From NCBI GenBank assembly GCA_903857795.1, contig CAIOGM010000128.1, forward strand, positions 4,857 through 68,856: a stretch of DNA of 64,000 bases, in the 5' to 3' direction. This document shows positions 34,828-43,262 of this stretch, one piece after another (within the stretch, counting starts at the first letter, position 1; each line of letters opens with the position of its first letter). The stretch comes from an uncultured Geobacter sp. (lineage in GTDB: Bacteria; Desulfobacterota; Desulfuromonadia; Geobacterales; CAIOGM01). A program made the translations under genes and the position numbers. Below the pieces are notes generated by a model. It was not told where the DNA came from. It did no database searches and saw nothing but the letters and a program-made list of their open reading frames with translations.

Positions 34828-36196
34828 CCCTCTTGTTCTTCACCCACCCTTCCTTGTTCACCTGGGGGGTTCGGGAGAGAGCTAGGGAGTCAGGAGGGAT
34901 GTCGGTAGTGACGGTGGTGCCGGCGGCGATGAGGGAGTTTTTCCCCACCGTGACCGGAGCCACGAGCTGCACGTCACTCCCCACGAAGACTCCGTCCTCT
35001 ATGATGGTGACATGTTTCTTCTTGCCGTCGTAGTTGCAGGTGATGGTGCCGCAGCCGATGTTCACATCCTTGCCGATGAAGCAATCCCCCAGGTAGGTGA
35101 GATGGGACGCCTTGGACCCCTCCCCGATGACCGCCTTCTTGGTCTCCACAAAGTTGCCGATCTTGACCTGCTCCTTGAGCACGGTGCCAGGACGGAGGTG
35201 AGCCATGGGGCCCACCGCGACGTCATTGTGAATAACCGACTCCTCCAGCACCGAACCGGCCTTGATCTGCACCCGATCACCCAGACGACAGTTGGTGATG
35301 GTCACCGACGGTGCGATGACGCACCCCTCGCCGATGACCGTACCGCCGCCGATGACGGCATTGGGGAAGATGACCGTATCCCGGCCGATGACGCTCCCCT
35401 GCTCGATATAGGTCGTCGCCGGATCGATGATAGTGACCCCGGAGAGCATGAGCGCTTCGTTGATCCGGCCCCGGAGCACCGCTCCGGCGGCAGCCATCTG
35501 GACCCGGTCGTTCACTCCCATCACCTCGGCGGGGTCGGTAACGGCGCAGCTGTAGCAGGCAAGCCCCGCTTCGTCTGCCAGACCGATGATGTCGGTGAGG
35601 TAGTACTCCTGCTGGACGTTATCATTGCCGATCCTGGTCACCGCCTCCCGGAGAAAGGCTGCCTTGACGCAGTAGATACCGGAGTTGATCTCATCGATCT
35701 CCCGTTCGACCGGGGTGGCGTCCTTCTCCTCGACGATCCGGAGGATCCTGCCGTCACTCCCCTTGATGACCCGGCCGTAGCCGAAGGGGTCGGGGAGTCG
35801 GGCGGTGAGGAGCGTGATGGCGGCGCCGTGCAGGTTGTGGGTCGCCACCAGGGAGCGGAGGGTCTCCCCGGTGATGAGCGGCGTGTCGCCGCAGAGGATC
35901 AGCAGATCGCCGTCACAGCCGGCCAGAAATTCCGCAGCACAGGCCACGGCATGACCGGTTCCGAGCTGCTCTTCCTGGAGGACGATGGAGATCGTCTCGT
36001 CACGGTTGAAATACTCCTGAACCCGCTCTGCCTGGTGCCCCACCACAAGGGCGATGCGGGATGCTCCCACCATCTTGGCCACGGCCACCGGATAGGCGAC
36101 CATCGGTTTCCCCGCCAACGGATGCATCACCTTAACTATTTCGGATTTCATCCTGGTCCCCTTGCCGGCGGCCAGGATCAACGCAGCAATCTCCAT
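34814..36196 (-). CDS. glmU: bifunctional UDP-N-acetylglucosamine pyrophosphorylase / glucosamine-1-phosphate N-acetyltransferase
   Basis: The start is taken at MEIAALILAAGKGTRMKS (Met16 of the track ORF). It has an N-terminal nucleotidyltransferase domain and a C-terminal left-handed beta-helix with hexapeptide repeats. Confidence 0.92.
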   Translation of the reverse strand: MEIAALILAAGKGTRMKSEIVKVMHPLAGKPMVAYPVAVAKMVGASRIALVVGHQAERVQEYFNRDETISIVLQEEQLGTGHAVACAAEFLAGCDGDLLILCGDTPLITGETLRSLVATHNLHGAAITLLTARLPDPFGYGRVIKGSDGRILRIVEEKDATPVEREIDEINSGIYCVKAAFLREAVTRIGNDNVQQEYYLTDIIGLADEAGLACYSCAVTDPAEVMGVNDRVQMAAAGAVLRGRINEALMLSGVTIIDPATTYIEQGSVIGRDTVIFPNAVIGGGTVIGEGCVIAPSVTITNCRLGDRVQIKAGSVLEESVIHNDVAVGPMAHLRPGTVLKEQVKIGNFVETKKAVIGEGSKASHLTYLGDCFIGKDVNIGCGTITCNYDGKKKHVTIIEDGVFVGSDVQLVAPVTVGKNSLIAAGTTVTTDIPPDSLALSRTPQVNKEGWVKNKRGSGH

Positions 36197-36325
36197 ACAG
36201 ACTCCTTCCAGAAACTCATTTTTAACAGAAATTGCCCGCATTAAAACCTACTTTTCATTCGAAGTAAACTGGAAAAGCAGGAGCAGTCGCATTTTTCGGC
36301 CGCACAGCACGACAAGTCACAGTGA

Positions 36326-36381
36326 AACATAGAACGTAGAACATAGAACATAGAACATTGAACCTCGAACATAGAACCCCG
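36326..36381. repeat. 8 tandem heptanucleotides AACATAG AACGTAG AACATAG AACATAG AACATTG AACCTCG AACATAG AACCCCG
   Basis: Read directly. It is intergenic, between the gspN stop (36390) and the glmU start. The minus strand reads CTATGTT-type units. Confidence 0.85.
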
Positions 36382-36389
36382 CCCCCGCC

Positions 36390-37214
36390 TCAAAAGATTG
36401 TCGGCTTGGCCAGGCTCCCCCGCACCGGGATCCGGTAGTGCCCCGGTGAATCCAGGTATTTCAGGAGGAGGAGAAAGACGAACTTCTGCCGTTCCAGGAA
36501 ATCCGCCTTGGGCATCAACTCCAGGGAGAGCTCCAGAGGGGCCGAGGCCGACAGGGGAATCTCCCCGCTCAACCGGGCATAGAGACCGCTCCCTGCAAAG
36601 GTGAGGCTCTCGATCCGACCCCGGCCATCCTTGACCCGGAGCAGCCCCTGGATCGCCTCATCGCTGACAGCGGGGAGCGGCAGTTCTCCGATCTTCAACT
36701 CCGCCAGTTCTCCCCCCTTGATCTCCAGCTTGATGAAACCATTCATCCGGGGGGCGACCCCGGTGAGACGGAGCTCTCCTCGAAGGAGCCCTTTTACCGT
36801 CGCGCCGGTGACGCTCCGGAAGAAGGGGAGCTGCTCAAGGGGGAGTCCGGCAATGTCGACGCTGATCCCACCCGATCTTCCCGCACGCCAGAGAGCGGAG
36901 AGACTCCCGCTGCCGATGGCGGCGTCGGCGGTCAAGGCGACTGTTCCCGTCAGGAGAGGGATGAACGCGGGACGGACGGTCAGCCGGTCCAACGCGAGGA
37001 GCGCCCCCCGGCCGTCGGCGATGGTGACCTCCCGGGCCGAGATCCCCAGGGGGAAGGCCTTGCCGAACCGGCCGGCCGTGAAGCTGTACCCCTCCTGGGC
37101 CAGCCCCCTCTGGACCAGCCCCTCCAGCAACTCCGCCGGAATGAAGAAGATGACCAGGAGCGGAAAGAGCAGCACCAGTGCAACGAGCGTGGCGAGCTTC
37201 TGTCTCGCGGTCAC
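36390..37214 (-). CDS. gspN: type II secretion system protein GspN
   Basis: 274 aa with an N-terminal TM helix (LATLVALVLLFPLLVIFFI) and a GspN-like body. It is the last gene of the gsp operon. Its start overlaps the gspM stop. Confidence 0.7.
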   Translation of the reverse strand: MTARQKLATLVALVLLFPLLVIFFIPAELLEGLVQRGLAQEGYSFTAGRFGKAFPLGISAREVTIADGRGALLALDRLTVRPAFIPLLTGTVALTADAAIGSGSLSALWRAGRSGGISVDIAGLPLEQLPFFRSVTGATVKGLLRGELRLTGVAPRMNGFIKLEIKGGELAELKIGELPLPAVSDEAIQGLLRVKDGRGRIESLTFAGSGLYARLSGEIPLSASAPLELSLELMPKADFLERQKFVFLLLLKYLDSPGHYRIPVRGSLAKPTIF

Positions 37215-37759
37215 CGCTTCTCCGGCGCCAGCGCCTTGATCAGAGCTACGGTGAGGGTGACGTCCAGCTTCGCCGGATCATCGAAGCGGCTCTTCACGAG
37301 AAGTTTTTTCAAGATGACCGGTTTTGCCCCCTTTTCCAGCCGGTGGAGGAGATTGACCAGCTCGTTGGCGGTGAGCCCCTCGATCTTCACCTCAGCCAGC
37401 TCTTCCTGCATCCCTGACCGCTCCTCCCCCTTGAGCGGCCGGATCTGCACCGGCTTTCCCTTGATCGCGGCCTCTTCCGTGACCCGCCCGGGAGAGTCGT
37501 CCCCCTTCACTGCAGCCAGACGGTTGGCCAACCGTTCCGACTCTTTCTTCAGGCTCTGATACCGCTGCTTGAGGAGCATGAGCTCTCGGAGCTCGGCCTC
37601 CCGTGAGACCCGCTTGCGGGAGAGGGTAGTGATGGCGCCGGAGAGCGTTGTCACGGCGATGACCAGGAGCAGGAGCAGGGCGACGCCGATCCCCCAGGAG
37701 AGGCGTGTCCGGCGGTCCATCTCCCGGAAGAGGTCACGGAGCGAGTCGAGCCTGTTCAT
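37211..37759 (-). CDS. gspM: type II secretion system protein GspM
   Basis: 182 aa with a single TM helix, a coiled coil and a C-terminal alpha/beta domain. Position and 4-nt overlaps fit between gspL and gspN. Confidence 0.7.
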   Translation of the reverse strand: MNRLDSLRDLFREMDRRTRLSWGIGVALLLLLVIAVTTLSGAITTLSRKRVSREAELRELMLLKQRYQSLKKESERLANRLAAVKGDDSPGRVTEEAAIKGKPVQIRPLKGEERSGMQEELAEVKIEGLTANELVNLLHRLEKGAKPVILKKLLVKSRFDDPAKLDVTLTVALIKALAPEKR

Positions 37760-39075
37760 CGCGCCTCCTCTTTAAGCGTTCCCCGGAGGGTAAACGTGGC
37801 GCTGCCGTCGGGCTTCGTCCGGATCTCGCTGACCTCGACCCCGGTCAATGCGGCGCCAGCCCGGTTTTTGAACTCGGTGACCGCCTGGGTGGAGCGGGCG
37901 TCTCCCTTGAGCTGCAGCTGGCTCCCTTCGATCTCTGTCTCATAGAAGCCGGTGATGTCGTCCCCCTTGAGCTCTGCCAGCTTCTTCAGCAGGGCCAGGG
38001 CGCCGATTCCGGCGCCGGCGCCGGAAAGCCTCTTGATCTCCGATTTCACCTCGCCCACCTCGTCCACCGCCTTCTTCCGTTTGGGGAAGAGCTCCTTATA
38101 GATCGAGCTGATGGAGCCGTTGAGAGATTCCAGGTCTCTCCTGACGAACGCATACCGGAGCCCCAGGTCGGCGCAGAAGATACCGATGGCAATCACGGCG
38201 AGAACGGTGGAAACCATCAGCTTTTTCCGGCGCCCTCGCGAGCCGGAGAGACAGGCCAGCTCCCCATGGCGAAAGTTGACAAGCTCCCCTTTCCGGGCTG
38301 CCTGGACCACTGCCCAGGCGTTCGCCCCAACCACAGCCGCCGGATAGTCACCTCCGAAGGCGCTCTCCCGTTCCGCAGCCATCGGGAGCGGCAGCCACCC
38401 CTCCTCCCCCCCGGGAAGCGCCACCCCTGCCAGGTCGCCGAGGAGGTAGATCCGCTCCACCGTGATCCCTTCGGTGAGGTCAAGGGCGGCGCAGCTGCGC
38501 CGGATCTCCAGTTCCGGCTCCTGACTCCAGAAGGTCCTGAAGAGGAGCGGCTCGCCATCACGATAGAGCGCCGCGCCGGATGGATCAGCCAGGAGGACGG
38601 TCCCCTTTACATCTCCAGGAGGGAGGAGATGACGCCAGGAGCAGACGGCGACGGTGACCAGCTGCGGCTCCAGGCCGACAGCCCCAAGGAGTTCGATCCG
38701 GCTGGAGAGCTCCCGTTTCCGGCACCAGACCGCAAGCTGGGTACCGTCGCCACGCATCAGACAGTCAAAAACCAGCTCTTCGGTGTCGCAGGCGGTCTCA
38801 CCTTTCAGCTCCAGGGGGAGGATCTCCCTGATCTTACGCCGCTCCTTCAAGGGGAGTGAGAGCTCCCGGCAGGAGAGGAGCGATGGCTCTACCGCCAGGA
38901 TGATGGTGTCGTCCTCCCGGCGCGCAGCAGCAGCCGCTTCCAGAAACGCGGGGAGTTCGGCGACGCTGTCGGCCGACAGTCGTTGGGACTGTTCGCAGAC
39001 GGTGGTCCGACCGCTTACCCTGAACCGGGTAACCACCGACTCGCTCCGCAGGAGTTCGATTACAATAAAGCCCAT
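37756..39075 (-). CDS. gspL: type II secretion system protein GspL (actin-like cytoplasmic domain + TM + periplasmic domain)
   Basis: The start is taken at MGFIVIELL (Met13 of the track ORF). It has a mid-protein TM helix (LMVSTVLAVIAIGIFCADL). Operon position supports the call. Confidence 0.65.
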   Translation of the reverse strand: MGFIVIELLRSESVVTRFRVSGRTTVCEQSQRLSADSVAELPAFLEAAAAARREDDTIILAVEPSLLSCRELSLPLKERRKIREILPLELKGETACDTEELVFDCLMRGDGTQLAVWCRKRELSSRIELLGAVGLEPQLVTVAVCSWRHLLPPGDVKGTVLLADPSGAALYRDGEPLLFRTFWSQEPELEIRRSCAALDLTEGITVERIYLLGDLAGVALPGGEEGWLPLPMAAERESAFGGDYPAAVVGANAWAVVQAARKGELVNFRHGELACLSGSRGRRKKLMVSTVLAVIAIGIFCADLGLRYAFVRRDLESLNGSISSIYKELFPKRKKAVDEVGEVKSEIKRLSGAGAGIGALALLKKLAELKGDDITGFYETEIEGSQLQLKGDARSTQAVTEFKNRAGAALTGVEVSEIRTKPDGSATFTLRGTLKEEAR

Positions 39076-39167
39076 CTCAACCTCAAAGTTCCTAATTCTG
39101 AAAAAATGCAACTCTCGACTCTCCGCGTTTTCGTGAGTTACACGCGGACCGCTCTTCTTGCTTCCCT

Positions 39168-40100
39168 TCAGTACTCCCGCCAGTAGAGGAACTCCGGGCT
39201 CCCCCCGCTCAACCGCAGCACCGCCTCGGTGGTTCGTGCGGTCTCGCCGATCCTTGCCGTGGCCAGGAGCCGGTAGACCGCCCCCTTGGTTGTGATCCGC
39301 GTCTGGAGGCGAGTTCCTATCTGCTCCAACCCCGCAACCTTCACCAGCTCCGATGGCGCCGTGAACGGCTGACTCTTGCGCCGGTCAATGATCCGCTTCA
39401 CCAGGTCATCGGTGAGGGACTCATCCAGACAGAGCAGGAGCTCCGGGGGGGCAGTGTTGATGTTGATCGGCGCGACCAGAGAACCGGGGCTATCGGAGTA
39501 GACCGTCACAAAAGGGCGGAGCGCCTCGAAGATCGAGCTCGTGAACCCCTTGACCAGCCGTAGCTCCTCTCGTGTCTGTAACGGTCCGTTACGGGGAACA
39601 TAGGGGGGCTTCAACCGCTGATACCAGTTCGCCTCGGCGCCACTCCGGTGCGGATCCTCATTCTCGTCGATCCAGTCAGACAGCGGCTCAATCAGCTCCG
39701 TGGGGAGCTTGAGCCGTGTCAACAGTCGGGTCATGACTCCGGCATAGTACGTGCCGGAATACTCCCCGGTGGGGGGGATGACGATATTGAGGTTGAGCTT
39801 GCCGCTCTCCTCCTCAATGACCAGATCCAGCACCCCCCGCTCGTCCTCCATATGAAGCGGCATCACCTTCCAGGAGTCGTTGAGCGAGCTGTAACTCTGG
39901 GCCGCCAGGACCGACTGCAGCAGTTTTGCCCCCCCCCGTATCCCCGAATCGGCCATGAGGAGCGCCTGCTCCCCGTCGCGGTAGCTCCTCCGCAGAGTCG
40001 TCTCCACATAGACTTCGCGGATGAATTCGGTGACCAGGGCCACGAGGAGCGTGGTGACCATGAGGGTGATGATGAGGGCAAAGCCCCGCTGGCTTCTCAT
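39168..40100 (-). CDS. gspK: type II secretion minor pseudopilin GspK
   Basis: The start is taken at MRSQRGFALIITLMVTTLLVALV (Met43 of the track ORF; ATGA overlap with the gspJ stop). The size and GspK-like body fit. Confidence 0.75.
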   Translation of the reverse strand: MRSQRGFALIITLMVTTLLVALVTEFIREVYVETTLRRSYRDGEQALLMADSGIRGGAKLLQSVLAAQSYSSLNDSWKVMPLHMEDERGVLDLVIEEESGKLNLNIVIPPTGEYSGTYYAGVMTRLLTRLKLPTELIEPLSDWIDENEDPHRSGAEANWYQRLKPPYVPRNGPLQTREELRLVKGFTSSIFEALRPFVTVYSDSPGSLVAPININTAPPELLLCLDESLTDDLVKRIIDRRKSQPFTAPSELVKVAGLEQIGTRLQTRITTKGAVYRLLATARIGETARTTEAVLRLSGGSPEFLYWREY

Positions 40101-40729
40101 TGCCGGACTCTCGGCCGGACGAAGGTCCGGTAGGAGATACTCTTGTCCCCATCCTTCACGGTCAGGGTGATTCGCACCGCCTCGGGAAGCCTGGCGTTGA
40201 GGGCCGTGTCCCAGCTTCGGACCCACTTGCCGCTGTCATAGCACTCCACCAGGAACCCCTCCAGCTCCTCCATCTGGGGATAGAATTGGGGGTCGATGTC
40301 GAAGAAGAGCTCCTTTTCCGACCGGGCCAGAAGGAGCTTCCCTTCTTTCTCCCTGGTCTGATAGCGTACCGCCCGCAGGTCTGAGGAGGGGGTATCCCCC
40401 GAACGGGTCATTCCCAGGGTCGTGAAGCTGAGGTTCGAGGCCGGCTTGCCGAACTGATCCCGGTCCTCCACCACGAAAAAGAGCCTCTTGTCGCCGCTCC
40501 GAAAGAGCGCCGAGGAGATTTCCTTTCTCAAGAGCGCCAGAGTCACGGTGGTCTCCCGGAGCGACTCCATCCCGGCCAGCGCCGAGTCCCGCCCACGGAT
40601 GACACTGAAATAACTGCCGTACACCGCCGCGGCAATGATGACCAGGAGCGCCAAGGCCACGAGCAGCTCCAGGAGGGTAAAGCCGCGCCTATCGGTAATG
40701 ATCAAGGGAGAGACTCTTCTGTTTGTCAT
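40097..40729 (-). CDS. gspJ: type II secretion minor pseudopilin GspJ
   Basis: Prepilin-type N-terminus DRRG|FTLLELLVALALLVIIAAAVY. An internal TTG at 40705 would give a shorter 8-aa leader. Confidence 0.75.
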   Translation of the reverse strand: MTNRRVSPLIITDRRGFTLLELLVALALLVIIAAAVYGSYFSVIRGRDSALAGMESLRETTVTLALLRKEISSALFRSGDKRLFFVVEDRDQFGKPASNLSFTTLGMTRSGDTPSSDLRAVRYQTREKEGKLLLARSEKELFFDIDPQFYPQMEELEGFLVECYDSGKWVRSWDTALNARLPEAVRITLTVKDGDKSISYRTFVRPRVRQ

Positions 40730-41027
40730 CCCACTGCACCGTGAGGGTCAACTGCCGAAGTCCCGTAACGGCCGTCGGTTTGAGGGTGAGCTTCCAGGAG
40801 AGATCCGGCCGGTCCGGGGCAAAGGTCCCCTCCTGACCGGTGAGGCTCTCCATGGGGGTCATCTCCAACTCTTCCAGCTTCCCCCTGGCCAGGAGGAGCG
40901 CCACGGTCTCCTCCCGGTCCCGCCCCACCAGAGAAAGATGGTGATTGAAGGCGCCGATGACCGTGAGGAGCGTCCCGGTCATGATCGCCAGGGCGATCAT
41001 GACCTCCAGCAGGGTAAACCCCTTCAC
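40689..41027 (-). CDS. gspI: type II secretion minor pseudopilin GspI
   Basis: MKG|FTLLEVMIALAIMTG, 112 aa. Confidence 0.8.
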   Translation of the reverse strand: MKGFTLLEVMIALAIMTGTLLTVIGAFNHHLSLVGRDREETVALLLARGKLEELEMTPMESLTGQEGTFAPDRPDLSWKLTLKPTAVTGLRQLTLTVQWDDKQKSLSLDHYR

Positions 41028-41566
41028 AGGGCCGCTTCCTGGTACCCTTCCTCGATCCGCACCTTGCCGCTCACCGGGTAGGCGATGACCGTGTATGCGC
41101 CGCCTCGGGACTTGAGATGAACGGTCAGGAGCTCCTGGAGCCCCGCCATGCCGACCCTGACGACCACCTCCCCCTCGTTGACCCGCCCCAGTGAGGTGAG
41201 GACCAGATCTTCCACGGAGACCCCTTCCGCCAGGAGTCGCTCCCGCAGGGCGACGTCGCCGGGCGCCCCCTCCTCACCCGTGGGAGAAACCGTACTCACC
41301 CCGATGTCTCCATCGGGAAAGCGGAATTTCAGGTTGTAATCGGTGCGGGTGGCAATGGCCTGATTCTGGAGATACCGGAGGGCAGACGCCAGGGTACGGG
41401 CTGAACTCTTCAAGGCCGCACCGTCGCCGGGAAAGAGCCGCGGCATGACCAGCAGGGCGGTGATACTTATGATGAGCAGCACCACCGCCATCTCGATGAG
41501 GGTGAAGCCCCCAGGTTCCAGGTTCCGGGTTCCAGGTTCTGGGTTTACCCCGAGCCTCTCTCTCAC
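41024..41566 (-). CDS. gspH: type II secretion minor pseudopilin GspH with unusually long 20-aa leader
   Basis: The GTG start overlaps the gspG stop (GTGA). The leader is MRERLGVNPEPGTRNLEPGG|FTLIEMAVVLLIISI, and residues 8-19 are encoded by the heptad array at 41511..41545. Confidence 0.75.
   Translation of the reverse strand: MRERLGVNPEPGTRNLEPGGFTLIEMAVVLLIISITALLVMPRLFPGDGAALKSSARTLASALRYLQNQAIATRTDYNLKFRFPDGDIGVSTVSPTGEEGAPGDVALRERLLAEGVSVEDLVLTSLGRVNEGEVVVRVGMAGLQELLTVHLKSRGGAYTVIAYPVSGKVRIEEGYQEAAL
41511..41545. repeat. 5 tandem heptanucleotides CCAGGTT CCAGGTT CCGGGTT CCAGGTT CTGGGTT inside the gspH 5' coding region
   Basis: Read directly. The minus strand reads AACCCAG AACCTGG AACCCGG AACCTGG AACCTGG. 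Confidence 0.85.
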
Positions 41567-42006
41567 TTCATATCCCAGCTGCAGATGTCGGCGTTCTTCC
41601 CGTCTCCTCCCTTGACCCCATCGGCGCCCTCGGAGCAGAGTTCATAGTCGCCATGCTCACTGGGAGAAAGGTAGATATAGGGGTTGCCCCAGGGGTCTTT
41701 GGGAATGCTCTTGCTCTCCAGATATCCTTCCCCCTTCCAGTTCTTGGGGATAGTGCCGGAGGTCGGCTTGACCACCAGCGCCTCCAGTCCCTGTTCCGTG
41801 GAGGGGAAGATGCCGCTGTCCAGCTTGTAGAGCTTGAGTCCCGTCTCGATGTTCCTGATCTGCACCTTGACGTCGGCAACCTTGGCGTCATCGGAACGGC
41901 CGATGATCTTCGGCCCTACCAGCACCGCCAACAGACTCAAGATGACGATGACCACCATGATTTCGATGAGGGTAAAGCCGCGGTTGTTCCTGACAGCGTG
42001 GTTCAT
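41563..42006 (-). CDS. gspG: type II secretion major pseudopilin GspG
   Basis: MNHAVRNNRG|FTLIEIMVVIVILSLLAVLVGPKI...DPWGNPYIYLSP. This is the canonical GspG. Confidence 0.92.
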   Translation of the reverse strand: MNHAVRNNRGFTLIEIMVVIVILSLLAVLVGPKIIGRSDDAKVADVKVQIRNIETGLKLYKLDSGIFPSTEQGLEALVVKPTSGTIPKNWKGEGYLESKSIPKDPWGNPYIYLSPSEHGDYELCSEGADGVKGGDGKNADICSWDMK

Positions 42007-42056
42007 GGAATTTCCTCCGAATTGGTTTCAGTCAAAATTGACCACGATAATGTTCC

Positions 42057-43262
42057 TTACTTCACCAGCTGGTTCAACTGGAAGATCGGCAGGAGGACGG
42101 CGAGGACGACGATGCCGACGGCCAATCCCATGCCGAGAACGAGAAACGGTTCCAGGAGCGCCATGGAGCGGGTGATGGCCGTGTCAAACTCCTTCTCGTA
42201 GGCATTCCCCGCCTTGAGGAGCATCTGCTCCAGCTCTCCCCCCTTTTCCCCCACGGCGATCATATGGACCAGCAGCGGCGGGAAGAGGGGACTGCTCTTC
42301 AGGGCGCCGGAGAGGCCGGCCCCTTCGGCCAACCGTTCCCGCACCCCGTGAAGAAATGCCCGGTAGACCCGGTTGACTACCACATCTCCGGTGATCTCTG
42401 TGGCCCGGATGACCGGGACCCCGCTGGTGAGGAGCAACCCCAGAATCCGGGCGAAGCGGGAGAGGACCAGGGTCGTCAGGAGAGTGCCGGCAACGGGGAG
42501 CCGCAGGAAGAGCCGGTCTCGGCCGAAGTGGAACGCCTCGCTCTCCATGAGCTTGCGATAGGCGAAGAGGCCGGAGACGGCGACAATGAGGAGCGCCCAC
42601 CACCCCGAGCGGAGCAGGGCGCTGGTCTTGATGAGGAGCGTGGTGATGAGAGGGAGTTCCGCCTTGCTCTGTTCGAAGATCACCACGATCTTGGGAATAA
42701 CGAAGGCCAGGAGAAAGAGCATGACGCCGACACCGACGATCATCATAAGAATCGGGTAGGCCAGGGCCGTGGTAATCCGGCTCTGCACCGCCTGCTGATC
42801 TTCCAGAAAGTCGGCCAGGCGCTCCAGGATGATCTCCAGCGCCCCCCCCGCCTCGCCGGCCGCCACCATGCTGATATAGCTTTCACCGAAGAGCGCCGGT
42901 TCCGCCCCCATGGCCGCGGCCAGGGTGTTCCCCTGAGCCAGCCGGTCCCTGATTCGGGAGACGACCCGCTTCATCTCCCCATCGGCCTCCTGTTCGTAGA
43001 GGGTGGTCATCGCCTCGTAGAGCGGCACGGCCGCCCCCACCAGGGTCGCCAACCGCCGGGTCATGAGAGAGAGTTCCGCCAGGGGGATCCCGCGCCGGAA
43101 GAGCGCCTTCTTCCCCCCTGCTCCGCTGGAGGGGGTCACCTCCGTGGCATAGAGCCCCCGTTGCCGGAGAAGCTGCAGCGCCTCAGTGGGGCCATCGGCC
43201 TCTATGGCGCCGATGCTCTCCCTGCCGCCGGAGGCGTAGGCCTTATAATGAAAGGTCGGCAT
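42057..43262 (-). CDS. gspF: type II secretion inner-membrane platform protein GspF
   Basis: 401 aa with two T2SSF repeats and 3 TM segments. Confidence 0.9.
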   Translation of the reverse strand: MPTFHYKAYASGGRESIGAIEADGPTEALQLLRQRGLYATEVTPSSGAGGKKALFRRGIPLAELSLMTRRLATLVGAAVPLYEAMTTLYEQEADGEMKRVVSRIRDRLAQGNTLAAAMGAEPALFGESYISMVAAGEAGGALEIILERLADFLEDQQAVQSRITTALAYPILMMIVGVGVMLFLLAFVIPKIVVIFEQSKAELPLITTLLIKTSALLRSGWWALLIVAVSGLFAYRKLMESEAFHFGRDRLFLRLPVAGTLLTTLVLSRFARILGLLLTSGVPVIRATEITGDVVVNRVYRAFLHGVRERLAEGAGLSGALKSSPLFPPLLVHMIAVGEKGGELEQMLLKAGNAYEKEFDTAITRSMALLEPFLVLGMGLAVGIVVLAVLLPIFQLNQLVK

